Shown here: in pieces, positions 1 to 9,131 of the stretch | Position numbering within the stretch: position 1 is the stretch's first letter | Layout of the letters: each line of letters begins with the position of its first letter | Assembly: GCA_937884485.1 (NCBI GenBank) | Contig: CALGCG010000024.1 | Coordinates: 20,868-84,867 of the forward strand | Source: an uncultured Bacteroidales bacterium | GTDB lineage: Bacteria > Bacteroidota > Bacteroidia > Bacteroidales > P3 | Reading direction: 5' to 3' | DNA: 64,000 bases | Program-made: the position numbers and the translations under genes | The notes under the pieces: generated by a model | What the model was told of the DNA's origin: nothing | Databases searched by the model: none | The model's input: only the letters and a program-made list of their open reading frames with translations

Positions 1-2
1 AT

Positions 3-1103
3 GGCGGGGGTGTACGCCCTGCCAGCGCCTTCTGCGAGGAGGGCTGGCAGCAAGGGCTGGCGGCCACCCTGAGGCTGGCGCGCCCCCTCAGCCTGTCGCT
101 TTTCGCCTCGCGGACCGGCGGCGAATGGATGGCGGGAGCCCACGCCTCCCTCCGTCAAGGCAACCTCGTTCTGGGCCTTACCGCTGCGGCGTCGCTCTTC
201 GACGACTCCGTCCGGCTGCGCGATTATGTCTACAACCAGGACTATTTCCGTGGCGACCGGAGTGCCGTGGTGGCCCTCGACGCCCTCTGGCAGTCGGGGC
301 GCACACTCCTCTTTGGCGAGGCGGCCGTCGACGCCGAAGGCCATTGGGCCGGCATCGGGGGCGCGCGCCTTGCGGTGGGTGGCGGCAACAGCCTCGGCCT
401 CACCCTCCGCCACTACGACCCCCGCTACCACAACCCCCATGCCGCTGCCCATGCGCTGAGCGCTACGCGCAACGAGCAGGGTCTCAGTCTCGACGCACAG
501 TTGCAGTTGCCCTTCCGCCTGACGGCGCTGCTCTCTGCCGATGTCCATCGCTTCCCCTCGCTCCGCAGCGGCAGCTATGCTCCGTCGGCCGGCACATGGC
601 TGCGCATGCAGCTGGGCCGCAGCCTGGGCCCCCGCGCCAGCTTCGCCATCCGCTTCGCCCGGCGTGTCCAGCAGCGCAACGTGCCTGGCAGCGACAGCGT
701 GGCCTATCTTGCCGAAGAGACCCTCCGGCGCCAGCTGCAGGGGCAGTTCAGGCTCACCCTTGGCCCGTGGCGCTTCAACACGCGAGCCATCCTTTCGTGG
801 TTCGACGCCGAACAGCTTGGCACCCAGCATGGCTGGCTCCTCTCCCAGGAGGCCTGCTACCGCCGTGGCCGTTGGCATGCGGCCCTGCAGGCCACGTGGC
901 ACGACATTGGCGGCTACTATGCCCGCATCACCCTCAGCGAGAGCAATCTGCAGTATGCTTTCAGCATTCCTTCGCTACAGGGGCGTGGACTCAGGGCCTC
1001 GGCCGTGGTGCGCTTCGATGTCAACCGGTGGCTCAACGTCAGTTTCAAGTACACCTGTTCCGACCGCCACACATGGCACCTCCAGGCGCGCCTCAAGTTC
1101 TGA
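3..1103 (+). CDS. Hypothetical outer-membrane beta-barrel-like protein, 5' end cut by the window edge
   Basis: Frame 3 is open from base 3, with no stop before the listed Met at 129, to the TGA at 1101-1103. Strands alternate polar and hydrophobic residues and are rich in G/R/Y. The C-terminus is ...ARLKF, and a terminal Phe is typical of OM barrels. No family recognised. Confidence 0.5.
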   Translation, partial: GGGVRPASAFCEEGWQQGLAATLRLARPLSLSLFASRTGGEWMAGAHASLRQGNLVLGLTAAASLFDDSVRLRDYVYNQDYFRGDRSAVVALDALWQSGRTLLFGEAAVDAEGHWAGIGGARLAVGGGNSLGLTLRHYDPRYHNPHAAAHALSATRNEQGLSLDAQLQLPFRLTALLSADVHRFPSLRSGSYAPSAGTWLRMQLGRSLGPRASFAIRFARRVQQRNVPGSDSVAYLAEETLRRQLQGQFRLTLGPWRFNTRAILSWFDAEQLGTQHGWLLSQEACYRRGRWHAALQATWHDIGGYYARITLSESNLQYAFSIPSLQGRGLRASAVVRFDVNRWLNVSFKYTCSDRHTWHLQARLKF

Positions 1104-1156
1104 CCGCCCCCGCTTGCTGCCCGCTTCGGGACGAATTCGCCCCCTTTTCGCCCCTT

Positions 1157-1252
1157 CCTATATAGTTCTTATATAGTTCTCATATAGTTCTTATATGCTG
1201 TATATAGGAACTATATGAGAACTATATGTGAACTATATAAGAACTATATAAG
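1157..1252. repeat. Palindromic array of 11-bp tandem repeats, 4 forward units then 5 inverted units
   Basis: Forward units are cctatatagtt, cttatatagtt, ctcatatagtt and cttatatgctg (1157-1200). They are followed by tatatagg plus aactatatgag, aactatatgtg, aactatataag and aactatataag (1201-1252). Complementary GC-rich arms flank the array at about 1125-1156 and 1253-1295. Confidence 0.9.
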
Positions 1253-1326
1253 AAGGGCCGAAGAAAGGGCGAAGAGGGGGCGAAGAAGGGGCGATGGGGA
1301 GGCGGTTTTTTTGGGTGAAAATACAA

Positions 1327-1334
1327 TATATTTG
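1327..1334 (+). promoter_or_regulatory. -7-like box TATATTTG upstream of the SDR gene
   Basis: Matches the Bacteroides TAnnTTTG -7 consensus, 21 nt before the ATG at 1356. The nearest upstream TTTG (1310-1313) is only 13 nt away, which is non-canonical spacing. Confidence 0.3.
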
Positions 1335-1355
1335 GCGAATGAACGTTAAAGAGGT

Positions 1356-2339
1356 ATGAAAATTCTGCTGCTTGGCGCCACGGGACTGCTTGGGCACAAT
1401 GTGCTCCGAAGGCTGATGGACGAGGGTCACCAGGTGGTGATGCTTGTGCGCAACAGGCGGCTGCTGGCGATGCAAAGCGCTGATAGCAAGGTGATAGAGT
1501 GCAGTTCGATTGTCGATTACGACACCTTGTTGCGTGCGGCCGAGGGTTGCGAGGCTGTGGTGAACTGTGCCGGGGTGACTGACATGGGTCTGCTGTCGCT
1601 CGACGACTACCTGGGTGTGAACCGCGACCTGCCGCGCTTGCTTGTGGATGTGATGAAAAGTCATGGAATCAGGCGTTTGGTGCATGTGTCGACGGTGAAT
1701 ACCATCGGTTTTGGCACCCCGGACCGCCCTGCCGACGAGTCGGCACCGATGCAGAGCCCCTTCATTGAGAGCTACTATGCTGAAAGCAAGAGTCTTGGCG
1801 AGCGCGAGCTGGCCGAAGGCAAGGGGCGTTACCCCGCCTTGGAGGCGGTGGTGGTGAACCCCGGGTTCATGCTTGGCCCCTACGACGTGAAGCCTTCGTC
1901 GGGGCGCATGCTTCTGTCGGCCTACCGCAAGCCTGTGATGTTCGCCCCTGGCGGCGGCAAGGCTTTTGTGCATGTGGCCGATGTGGCTGGCGCGGTGGTC
2001 AGGGCGCTGACGCATGGGGTTCCGGGGCAGCGGTATATAGCAGTGAACAGCCATGCGTGTTTGAGTATTAAGGAGTTGTATGAGATGCAGGCGCGGGTGT
2101 GCGGCTATCGGCAGCGGGTGCTGACGGCGCCGTCGTGGCTGCTGCTGGCTGCCGGAAAGGTGGGCGACGTGCTGCGGAGGATGGGCGTCAGGACCCAGGT
2201 GTCCACAGTCAATATCCGTCAGCTGCTGGTGCGCGAATACTATGACAACAGCCTGGCGCGAAGGGATTTGGGACTGGAGGAGACTCCGCTGGAGGATGCT
2301 GTGCGCGACTTTTATGAATGGAAAACCAACAAACATTGA
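1356..2339 (+). CDS. NAD(P)-dependent epimerase/dehydratase-family (extended SDR) oxidoreductase
   Basis: N-terminal Rossmann motif MKILLLGATGLLG. The 327-aa length and layout resemble dihydroflavonol-reductase-like SDRs. Confidence 0.8.
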   Translation: MKILLLGATGLLGHNVLRRLMDEGHQVVMLVRNRRLLAMQSADSKVIECSSIVDYDTLLRAAEGCEAVVNCAGVTDMGLLSLDDYLGVNRDLPRLLVDVMKSHGIRRLVHVSTVNTIGFGTPDRPADESAPMQSPFIESYYAESKSLGERELAEGKGRYPALEAVVVNPGFMLGPYDVKPSSGRMLLSAYRKPVMFAPGGGKAFVHVADVAGAVVRALTHGVPGQRYIAVNSHACLSIKELYEMQARVCGYRQRVLTAPSWLLLAAGKVGDVLRRMGVRTQVSTVNIRQLLVREYYDNSLARRDLGLEETPLEDAVRDFYEWKTNKH

Positions 2340-2340
2340 T

Positions 2341-3351
2341 ATGAGAAGGATTGCTTTGTTATTTGCTGCCGCGTTGCTGATGGTGGGTTGCAACAACCGT
2401 CAGACCGAGGCTATTATGAAAAAGAGTTCGTCGGGCAAGACCCTCGAGGTGCTGATGGCTGCCGACAAGGGCCGTTTTGCCAAGTCCACGGGCGCCGTCA
2501 TCGACTCCATCTTCCGTCGGCCGCAGAGCTGCCTGCCGCAGCCCGAGGCGCGGTTCGACGTGGTGAATGTGCCCGTGTCGTCGCTCCGCAATACCCACAT
2601 GTTCCAGATGCACAGGAACATCATTATCCTCGATGTGAAGGACGGCAATCCCGACAAGGTCTATATCGAGCGCGACAAATGGGCCGCCCCTCAGGTGGTG
2701 GTGGAGGTGGCTGCCTCGAGCGAGGCGTCGCTCTGCCAGCTGCTGTGCGACTATGAGCAGAATATTGTCCGCGCCATCTACGACGCTGAGCATCAGCGCA
2801 TGCAAAAGGCTTTCTACAATATCCGCAATGTGGACCTTATGAACCGTGTGCGGGAGAAGTTCGGTTTCGAACTCACTTTCAGCGAGGATTTCATGTGGGC
2901 TTCGGAGGATGACGGCTTTGCCTGGATTCGCAAGGAGACTAAGGATATAAGCCTGGGAGTGCTGGTGAATGTCACCGCCTACCGCAATCAGGACCAGCTT
3001 ACGCCCGCGAAGATATACAACCGTCTGGACACCATCATGCGGCGCCACGTGCCCAGCCCCAGCGAGGACGGCTTTATGGGCACCGAGCGCAGGGTGGACA
3101 TGGAAAGCATGAAGGTGGACTATGAGGGTAGCTCCTATTGCATCCAGACCCACGGCCTGTGGTGCCTCAAGGAGACCACCGACCGCATGGGAGGCCCCTT
3201 TGTGTGCTACTCCATGCTCTCGCCCGACGGCAAGGACATTGTCGATGTCATCGGCTTCGTCTACGCACCGCGGTTCGAGAAGCGCGACTACCTGATGCAG
3301 GTGGAAGGCATCTGCGCGACGCTCAAGTGGACAGAAAGTGAAAAGAAATAG
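2341..3351 (+). CDS. DUF4837-like lipoprotein
   Basis: I chose the internal Met at 2341, one nt after the SDR stop. It gives a lipoprotein signal MRRIALLFAAALLMVGC. The motif LPQPEARFDV...HRNIIILDV resembles the DUF4837 family as I remember it. Confidence 0.6.
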   Translation: MRRIALLFAAALLMVGCNNRQTEAIMKKSSSGKTLEVLMAADKGRFAKSTGAVIDSIFRRPQSCLPQPEARFDVVNVPVSSLRNTHMFQMHRNIIILDVKDGNPDKVYIERDKWAAPQVVVEVAASSEASLCQLLCDYEQNIVRAIYDAEHQRMQKAFYNIRNVDLMNRVREKFGFELTFSEDFMWASEDDGFAWIRKETKDISLGVLVNVTAYRNQDQLTPAKIYNRLDTIMRRHVPSPSEDGFMGTERRVDMESMKVDYEGSSYCIQTHGLWCLKETTDRMGGPFVCYSMLSPDGKDIVDVIGFVYAPRFEKRDYLMQVEGICATLKWTESEKK

Positions 3352-4207
3352 GTACATACTGCTGCTGGCCATGCTGCTGGGGGTGGGGTCCACCCTCAGT
3401 GCGCAGCGCGAGGACTTCCTGAGACGCAGCGAGTTGCTGCTGATGGGAGGCGGTATGAATTACATAGGCGACCTCAACAACGAGAGCGCATTGACCCTCC
3501 CCCGGCTGGCCGGCGGCGTGGGGTTGCGCTACCGCTTCGACAACCGCTGGGCGTTGAGGGTCGAGGCAAGCTATGGCCAGATAGGCTGCGACGAGGATTA
3601 CAACGAGCTCCGCAACCTGAGCTTCCGCTCGGACATCATCGAGGGGGCTGTGCTCGCCGAGTTCAACTTTGCACCCTTCGGCTCGGGTGCCACCGAGCGG
3701 TTGTGGACCCCCTACCTCTTCGGTGGACTGGGGGTGTTCCACTTCAACCCCATGGCGATGTACACCCTTGGCGACGGGCAGGAAATGTGGGCCGAGCTGC
3801 AGCCGCTGCACACCGAGGGCCAGGGATCTACGCAATATCCCGACCGCAAGGCCTACGCCCGCATGCAGATGTGCCTGCCGTTCGGCGTGGGTGTCAAGGT
3901 GAGGCTGGGCAAGAACTTCTCGCTGGCGGCGGAATATGGATTCAGAAAAACATGGACCGATTATCTGGACGACGTCAGCAAGACCTATGTCGAGCACGAC
4001 CTGCTGCAGTCCAACTGCGACGACGGAGCGCTGGCGGAACAGCTGGCGGACCGTAGCGGCGAGGTGCAGGAGGGGTATGTCAACGCGGCAGGAGTAAAAC
4101 GCGGCGACGACTCGCTCGACGACTGGTATGCCTATCTGCATGTCTCGCTGGGCGTCAGTCTCGACGCGATGTTCGGATGGATGCGGTCCAAACGTTGCAG
4201 AAACTAA
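3338..4207 (+). CDS. DUF6089-like outer-membrane beta-barrel protein
   Basis: Signal peptide ...GSTLSAQ followed by beta-strand-rich sequence (GGGMNYIGDLN..., GLRYRFDNRWALRVEASYG). Overlaps the upstream gene by 14 nt. Confidence 0.55.
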   Translation: MKRNRYILLLAMLLGVGSTLSAQREDFLRRSELLLMGGGMNYIGDLNNESALTLPRLAGGVGLRYRFDNRWALRVEASYGQIGCDEDYNELRNLSFRSDIIEGAVLAEFNFAPFGSGATERLWTPYLFGGLGVFHFNPMAMYTLGDGQEMWAELQPLHTEGQGSTQYPDRKAYARMQMCLPFGVGVKVRLGKNFSLAAEYGFRKTWTDYLDDVSKTYVEHDLLQSNCDDGALAEQLADRSGEVQEGYVNAAGVKRGDDSLDDWYAYLHVSLGVSLDAMFGWMRSKRCRN

Positions 4208-4221
4208 TATTTTACATAATC

Positions 4222-4959
4222 ATGGCAACAATAGAAGAGATAGACAGGACAAGGGTTCCGCAACATGTGGCCGTCATCATGGACGGCAATGGCCGCTGGG
4301 CCATGAAGCAACAGCACGAGCGCCTCTTCGGCCACCAGAGTGCTCTGACGGCAGTGCGCCAGACGGTGGAAGGCGGCGTGAGGCTGGGCATCAAATACAT
4401 GACCCTCTACACGTTCAGCACCGAGAACTGGAACCGCCCCCAGGCGGAGGTGGACGGGCTGATGGAGCTGCTGGTCAAAGCGGTGCTCGACGAGACCGAG
4501 ACTTTGATGAAAAACAATGTGCGCCTGACCATGATTGGCGACCTTCAGCGTCTGCCCGAGCGCTCGCGCAAGATGATGGAGAAGTGCATGGCCGAGACGG
4601 CCGGCAATACGGCCATGACCCTCATCCTGGCCCTCAGCTACAGCTCGCGCTGGGAGATAGCCCAGGCGCTGAAGAAGATATGCTCCGAGCGGCTTGACCC
4701 CGCCTGCGTCGACGAGGAGACCCTGCGCCGCTACCTTTGTACCAGCGAAGTCCCCGACCCCGACCTCTTGATACGCACAGGTGGTGAACTGCGTGTGAGC
4801 AACTTCCTGCTTTGGCAGATGGCCTACACGGAGTTCTATTTTACCGATATCCTATGGCCCGATTTCCGGCAGGACGACCTCTGCGATGCAGTGCTTGAAT
4901 ATCAGCGCCGTCAGCGCCGCTACGGCAAGACCGAGGCACAAATAGAGGCAGGGGAGTGA
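4222..4959 (+). CDS. uppS: Undecaprenyl-diphosphate synthase (isoprenyl transferase)
   Basis: Signature motifs HVAVIMDGNGRWA, FSTENWNRP and DLLIRTGGELRVSNFLLWQMAYTEFYF. Met at 4222 (MATIEEIDR) is preferred over the listed 4177. Confidence 0.95.
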   Translation: MATIEEIDRTRVPQHVAVIMDGNGRWAMKQQHERLFGHQSALTAVRQTVEGGVRLGIKYMTLYTFSTENWNRPQAEVDGLMELLVKAVLDETETLMKNNVRLTMIGDLQRLPERSRKMMEKCMAETAGNTAMTLILALSYSSRWEIAQALKKICSERLDPACVDEETLRRYLCTSEVPDPDLLIRTGGELRVSNFLLWQMAYTEFYFTDILWPDFRQDDLCDAVLEYQRRQRRYGKTEAQIEAGE

Positions 4960-5039
4960 AATTTTTTTGCAAATTTCGATACTTAAATATAATAAAATAT
5001 ACGGAAGTGAGTTATTATATAGATTAAGTGTAAAATTTG

Positions 5040-7571
5040 ATGAAACAGAACGTGAAACTATTGCTGCTTGCCCTCCTCTTGACGGTGATGCCGTTTGCGG
5101 CTTACTCTCAGGTGGTTGTGGGCGGTAACGACGAATATGACTTTGACTATCTCACTCCCAAGACTTATGAAATCGGAGGCATCTCCTTCGAGGGTGCGGA
5201 GAATTTTGATACCCGAGTGGTGCAACTGGTGGCAGGTCTGCAGGTGGGTGACAAGGTGCGTATTCCCGGCGACAAGATTTCGGGCGCCATTGAGAACCTT
5301 TGGAACCAGGGTATGTTCGACGATGTGCAGATACGTGTCAACCGCATACAGGGAAACCTGGCGTTCCTTACCATTGTGCTGCGCGAACGTCCCCGGATGC
5401 TGAAGTTTGCCTTTACCGGCGTGAAGAAGGGCGAGGACAAGAAGCTCCGCGAGGAGATGCAGATCAAGACCGGCGATGTGGTGACGGAGAATATGCTCCG
5501 CACCTCGTCGAACAAGATAAAGAGCTATTTTATCGACAAAGGCTTTACCCGCACAGAGGTGACTCCCACCACGGAGACCGACACCTCCGGCCGTCTCATC
5601 GTCACATTCCACGTAAAACGTGGCAAGAAGGTGAAGATAGACTCGCTCATCTTTGAGGGCAACAAAGAGGTTTCGGACATCACCCTCAAGGGGAAAATGC
5701 AGAAAACACGCGACGTGCATTTCCGCAAGAGTCTCCGTTTCTGGAAGAAGGTCTTCTGGAAGAAGTCGCGCTATATGGAGAACGACTTCAATGAGGATTT
5801 GGAAAATATCATAGCCTACTACAACGAAGAGGGCTACCGCGATGCGCGTATCGTGATGGATACGGTGTGGGAGGTGCCGGAGGCGGAGCTGAAAGACAAG
5901 GATCAGGCCCGGTTGAAGGTGAAGGTGCAGGTTCATGAAGGCAAGAAGTTCTATTTCCGCGACATCACTTTCTCGGGCAACACCGTCTACTCCGACGAGG
6001 TGCTGCGCCGCTCGCTGCGTATCGCCAAGGGCGACCCATACAACAAGAGCCTCCTTGAAGAGAACTTGAAATATAATCCTTCCGGAACAGACGTCTCGTC
6101 GCTGTATATGGACAACGGCTATCTGTTTTTCCGTGCAGTGCCTGTAGAGGTGGCTGTCGAGAATGACAGCATCGACATCGAGGTGCGCATCATCGAGGGC
6201 CAGCAGGCCCGCATACGTAATGTGTGGATAGAAGGAAATACCATCACCAACGACAAGGTTATCATGCGTGAGCTTCACACGCGCCCCGGCGACCTGTTCA
6301 GCCGCGAGGCTTTGATACGCAGTCACCGCGAGCTGTTGAACCTCAAGTTCTTCGAGGAACAGTCGGTGAACCCTGAGCCGCGTCCCAATCCCAAGGATGG
6401 CACGGTGGATATAGTGTATCATGTGAAAGAAGGCTCCACGAGCCAGCTGAACCTTCAGGGCGGTTACGGCTCCGGCATGTTCATCGGACAGGTAGGCATA
6501 CAGCTTAACAATTTCAGTGTGCGCAACATCTTCAACAAAGATGCCTGGGTGCCGCTGCCTGCCGGCGACGGCCAGAAGCTTTCGCTCAACGCCACCACCA
6601 ACGGCAGTTCCTATTACTCTATCAGTGCCGGTTTTACCGAGCCGTGGCTTGGCGGCCGTCGTGCACAGTCGCTCACGGGGCAGGTCTACCACAACTATTT
6701 GAGCAATGGCCTATGGGTGCGTAAAAACGATGAGAGTTTCTACAGCCTGCAAATCACCGGAGCGGGCGTGAGCTTCTCCAAGCGACTGAAATGGCCCGAC
6801 GACTATTTCATAGTCTCTCACGGCATCACATACAAGCATTATATCCTCAACAATTACAGCTCTTTGGCTTCGGGACTGTTTGCCGATGGTACGGCCAACG
6901 ATATATCGTATGCCTTCACCATTTCGCGCAACTCTTTCGATTCGCCTTTCTACACCCGCAGTGGATCGGAAATATCGCTCAGCGCCTATGTGACGCCGCC
7001 GTTCTCGGCGCTGTCGGGCAAGGATTACTCGACGGCGACGGCAGAGGAGAAGTATAAGTGGGTGGAATACTATAAGATTAATTTCCGCGGCTCGTGGTTC
7101 CTCAACCTGGTTGGCGATGTCGTGCTCAGCACACGTTTCCGCTTCGGATGGATGAGTTACTATAACAAGGATATCGGTTTGGCACCTTTTGGACGTTACT
7201 ACCTTGGAGGCGACGGCCTCTCGTCGTGGGTGCTCGATGGACGCGAGGTTATACCTCTGCGCGGATATGAGAACAATTCGCTGACACCCGAAGGTGGCGG
7301 CTCGGTGTTTGACAGGTTCACTATCGAGCTGCGTCAGCCCATAGTCGAGAGTGGTAGCGCTACCATTTGGGTGCTCGGATTTATAGAGGGCGGAAACTGC
7401 TGGAGCGATATTTCGCAGTTCCAACCTTTCAAGATGTATAACTCTGCCGGCCTCGGATTCCGTTTTTACCTGCCCATGCTCGGCCTTATCGGCGTCGATT
7501 GGGGCTATGGTTTCGACGGCAACACCGGCGGCAGCCAGTTCCATTTCTCCATCGGTCAAAGTCTCGACTAA
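5040..7571 (+). CDS. bamA: Outer membrane protein assembly factor BamA
   Basis: About 840 aa with a signal peptide, repeated POTRA-like segments and a C-terminal barrel ending ...FHFSIGQSLD. Lies in the conserved position after uppS and before two ompH genes. The ATG at 5040 follows a TTG at 5037. Confidence 0.9.
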   Translation: MKQNVKLLLLALLLTVMPFAAYSQVVVGGNDEYDFDYLTPKTYEIGGISFEGAENFDTRVVQLVAGLQVGDKVRIPGDKISGAIENLWNQGMFDDVQIRVNRIQGNLAFLTIVLRERPRMLKFAFTGVKKGEDKKLREEMQIKTGDVVTENMLRTSSNKIKSYFIDKGFTRTEVTPTTETDTSGRLIVTFHVKRGKKVKIDSLIFEGNKEVSDITLKGKMQKTRDVHFRKSLRFWKKVFWKKSRYMENDFNEDLENIIAYYNEEGYRDARIVMDTVWEVPEAELKDKDQARLKVKVQVHEGKKFYFRDITFSGNTVYSDEVLRRSLRIAKGDPYNKSLLEENLKYNPSGTDVSSLYMDNGYLFFRAVPVEVAVENDSIDIEVRIIEGQQARIRNVWIEGNTITNDKVIMRELHTRPGDLFSREALIRSHRELLNLKFFEEQSVNPEPRPNPKDGTVDIVYHVKEGSTSQLNLQGGYGSGMFIGQVGIQLNNFSVRNIFNKDAWVPLPAGDGQKLSLNATTNGSSYYSISAGFTEPWLGGRRAQSLTGQVYHNYLSNGLWVRKNDESFYSLQITGAGVSFSKRLKWPDDYFIVSHGITYKHYILNNYSSLASGLFADGTANDISYAFTISRNSFDSPFYTRSGSEISLSAYVTPPFSALSGKDYSTATAEEKYKWVEYYKINFRGSWFLNLVGDVVLSTRFRFGWMSYYNKDIGLAPFGRYYLGGDGLSSWVLDGREVIPLRGYENNSLTPEGGGSVFDRFTIELRQPIVESGSATIWVLGFIEGGNCWSDISQFQPFKMYNSAGLGFRFYLPMLGLIGVDWGYGFDGNTGGSQFHFSIGQSLD

Positions 7572-7577
7572 TACGTT

Positions 7578-8225
7578 ATGAAAAGGAAGGTTCTTGTTAT
7601 AGCAGCATTGTTGATATCCGCAGTTTCGCCTGTGATGGCACAGCAGAAGTATGCCTGTGTCAACACCGACTATGTATTGCGTAGTATTCCCGACTATTCC
7701 AATGCACAGAAACGTCTGGATAAATATGTTCAGGACTGGACGGCAGAATTGGCCGAGAAACAGTCGGAGCTTGAGAATCTGCGTGTGGAATACGAGCAGG
7801 AAAGCTACCTGTTGCCTGAGAATCTCAAGAAACGTCGCCAGGAGGAAATAAAAGCCAAGGAGCAGGAAATACGATCCCTGCAGCAACAACGTTTCGGTCC
7901 CGGAGGCGATCTCGACAAGAAACGTGCCGAATTGCTCAAGCCGGTGCAGGACCGAGTGTGGGCTGCTATAGAGCGTATCGCCCAGGAGAAGAATTATGGC
8001 ATGATTTTTGACCGTGCAGGGAGTCCTGCGGTGCTTTATGCCAATAAAAAGTTCGATATCAGTGACGATGTCCTGGAATCGTTAGGTTACAAGCCTGGTG
8101 GCAACAATGCTTCGGCTCCGTCGGAGACTGAGACCACCCGGAAGAAGCCGTCCAACCCTGAGATGCGCCAGCGTGACGGCGAGCGTGCCCCCGGTGTGGC
8201 AAAGGAACGTAATGTCAAAAGATAA
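7578..8225 (+). CDS. OmpH/Skp-family periplasmic chaperone
   Basis: Signal peptide and long coiled-coil (LENLRVEYEQE..., KEQEIRSLQQQ). Position is immediately after bamA. Has a charged C-terminal tail. Confidence 0.85.
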   Translation: MKRKVLVIAALLISAVSPVMAQQKYACVNTDYVLRSIPDYSNAQKRLDKYVQDWTAELAEKQSELENLRVEYEQESYLLPENLKKRRQEEIKAKEQEIRSLQQQRFGPGGDLDKKRAELLKPVQDRVWAAIERIAQEKNYGMIFDRAGSPAVLYANKKFDISDDVLESLGYKPGGNNASAPSETETTRKKPSNPEMRQRDGERAPGVAKERNVKR

Positions 8226-8254
8226 AATAACGAAAACTATAAATAATACAACAG

Positions 8255-8767
8255 ATGAAAAAAGCTTTAATTGCAGTTGTTGCCTGCCTCTTTGTTTTTG
8301 GTGGCAACGCCATGGCCCAACAGAAAATCAAACTTGGCCACATCAATTCGAATGACCTGATGCAAATCATGCCGGGCCGCGATTCGGCTCAGACTGTGCT
8401 GCAGGCTGAAGTCACTGGTCTTGAGGATCAGCTTAAGTCCATGCAAAGTGAGATGGAAAAGCGCTACAATGAGTACATGGAGAAGCAGTCCGGTTGGACT
8501 GAACTTATCCGCAACACCAAACAGCGTGAGCTGCAGGATATGAGTACCCGTATCCAGGAGTTCCAGGAGAACGCTCAGAAGCAGTTGCAGCAGCGTGAGC
8601 AGGATCTGCTCAAGCCTATTATCGATCGTGCCAAGAAGGCTATCTCCGACGTGGCTGCCGAGGGTGGTTATACTTACATCCTCGATTCAGGCACTGCTGC
8701 CGTCCTTTATTCGCAGGACAGCGATGACATCATGCCTTTGGTGAAAAAGAAACTTGGCCTGAAATAA
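8255..8767 (+). CDS. OmpH/Skp-family periplasmic chaperone (second copy)
   Basis: 170 aa with signal peptide ...GGNAMAQQ. Coiled-coil core with LLKPIIDRAKKAI..., typical of OmpH. Confidence 0.85.
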   Translation: MKKALIAVVACLFVFGGNAMAQQKIKLGHINSNDLMQIMPGRDSAQTVLQAEVTGLEDQLKSMQSEMEKRYNEYMEKQSGWTELIRNTKQRELQDMSTRIQEFQENAQKQLQQREQDLLKPIIDRAKKAISDVAAEGGYTYILDSGTAAVLYSQDSDDIMPLVKKKLGLK

Positions 8768-8789
8768 CAGGGGTTTTATTAAAAAAAAA

Positions 8790-8824
8790 GCGGGAAGCAA
8801 CAATTGTTGCTTCCCGCTCTTTTT
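8790..8824 (+). terminator. Rho-independent terminator after the skp genes, bidirectional in shape
   Basis: Perfect 28-nt palindrome gcgggaagcaacaa/ttgttgcttcccgc (8790-8817), followed by tcttttt and preceded by an A9 run. Confidence 0.8.
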
Positions 8825-9078
8825 AGTTGGCTTTGTTTTTCTTCCTTTGGTATTGTTGATGCGTTCTTAATGCCTGGGAGGAAGGGTGTGATGCTCTTGG
8901 TGAGGGACAAGTGTTTGTAGCTTAAACAAAGCAAAGACAGAGTGGCAATGTGATGTTTTTTGTGTGAAGTTGGCTTGTTTTCCCCTTCCTTGGATGTGCC
9001 GTCCATTTCCTTTCTTTGACAATTATGTTGGCCTCTTTGCAGTGCTTAATCACTAACTGTCGACTGGGGGTCCTAAAC

Positions 9079-9115
9079 AACAAGAGAGAGGCAATGGTAT
9101 TGCCTCTCTCTTGTT
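9079..9115 (-). terminator. Strong stem-loop just downstream of the OmpA-family gene
   Basis: 17-bp perfect stem aacaagagagaggcaat / attgcctctctcttgtt with a 3-nt loop, 16 nt after the minus-strand stop at 9132. The U-tract is short (tgttt). Confidence 0.6.
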
Positions 9116-9131
9116 TAGCCGTTAATTTGGC

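Noticed and set aside
5058-7889. Long minus-strand ORFs 5058..6692 and 6711..7889, overlapping bamA and skp.
   Set aside because: They are antisense to genes with clear family signatures and conserved synteny. The translations lack any recognisable domain.
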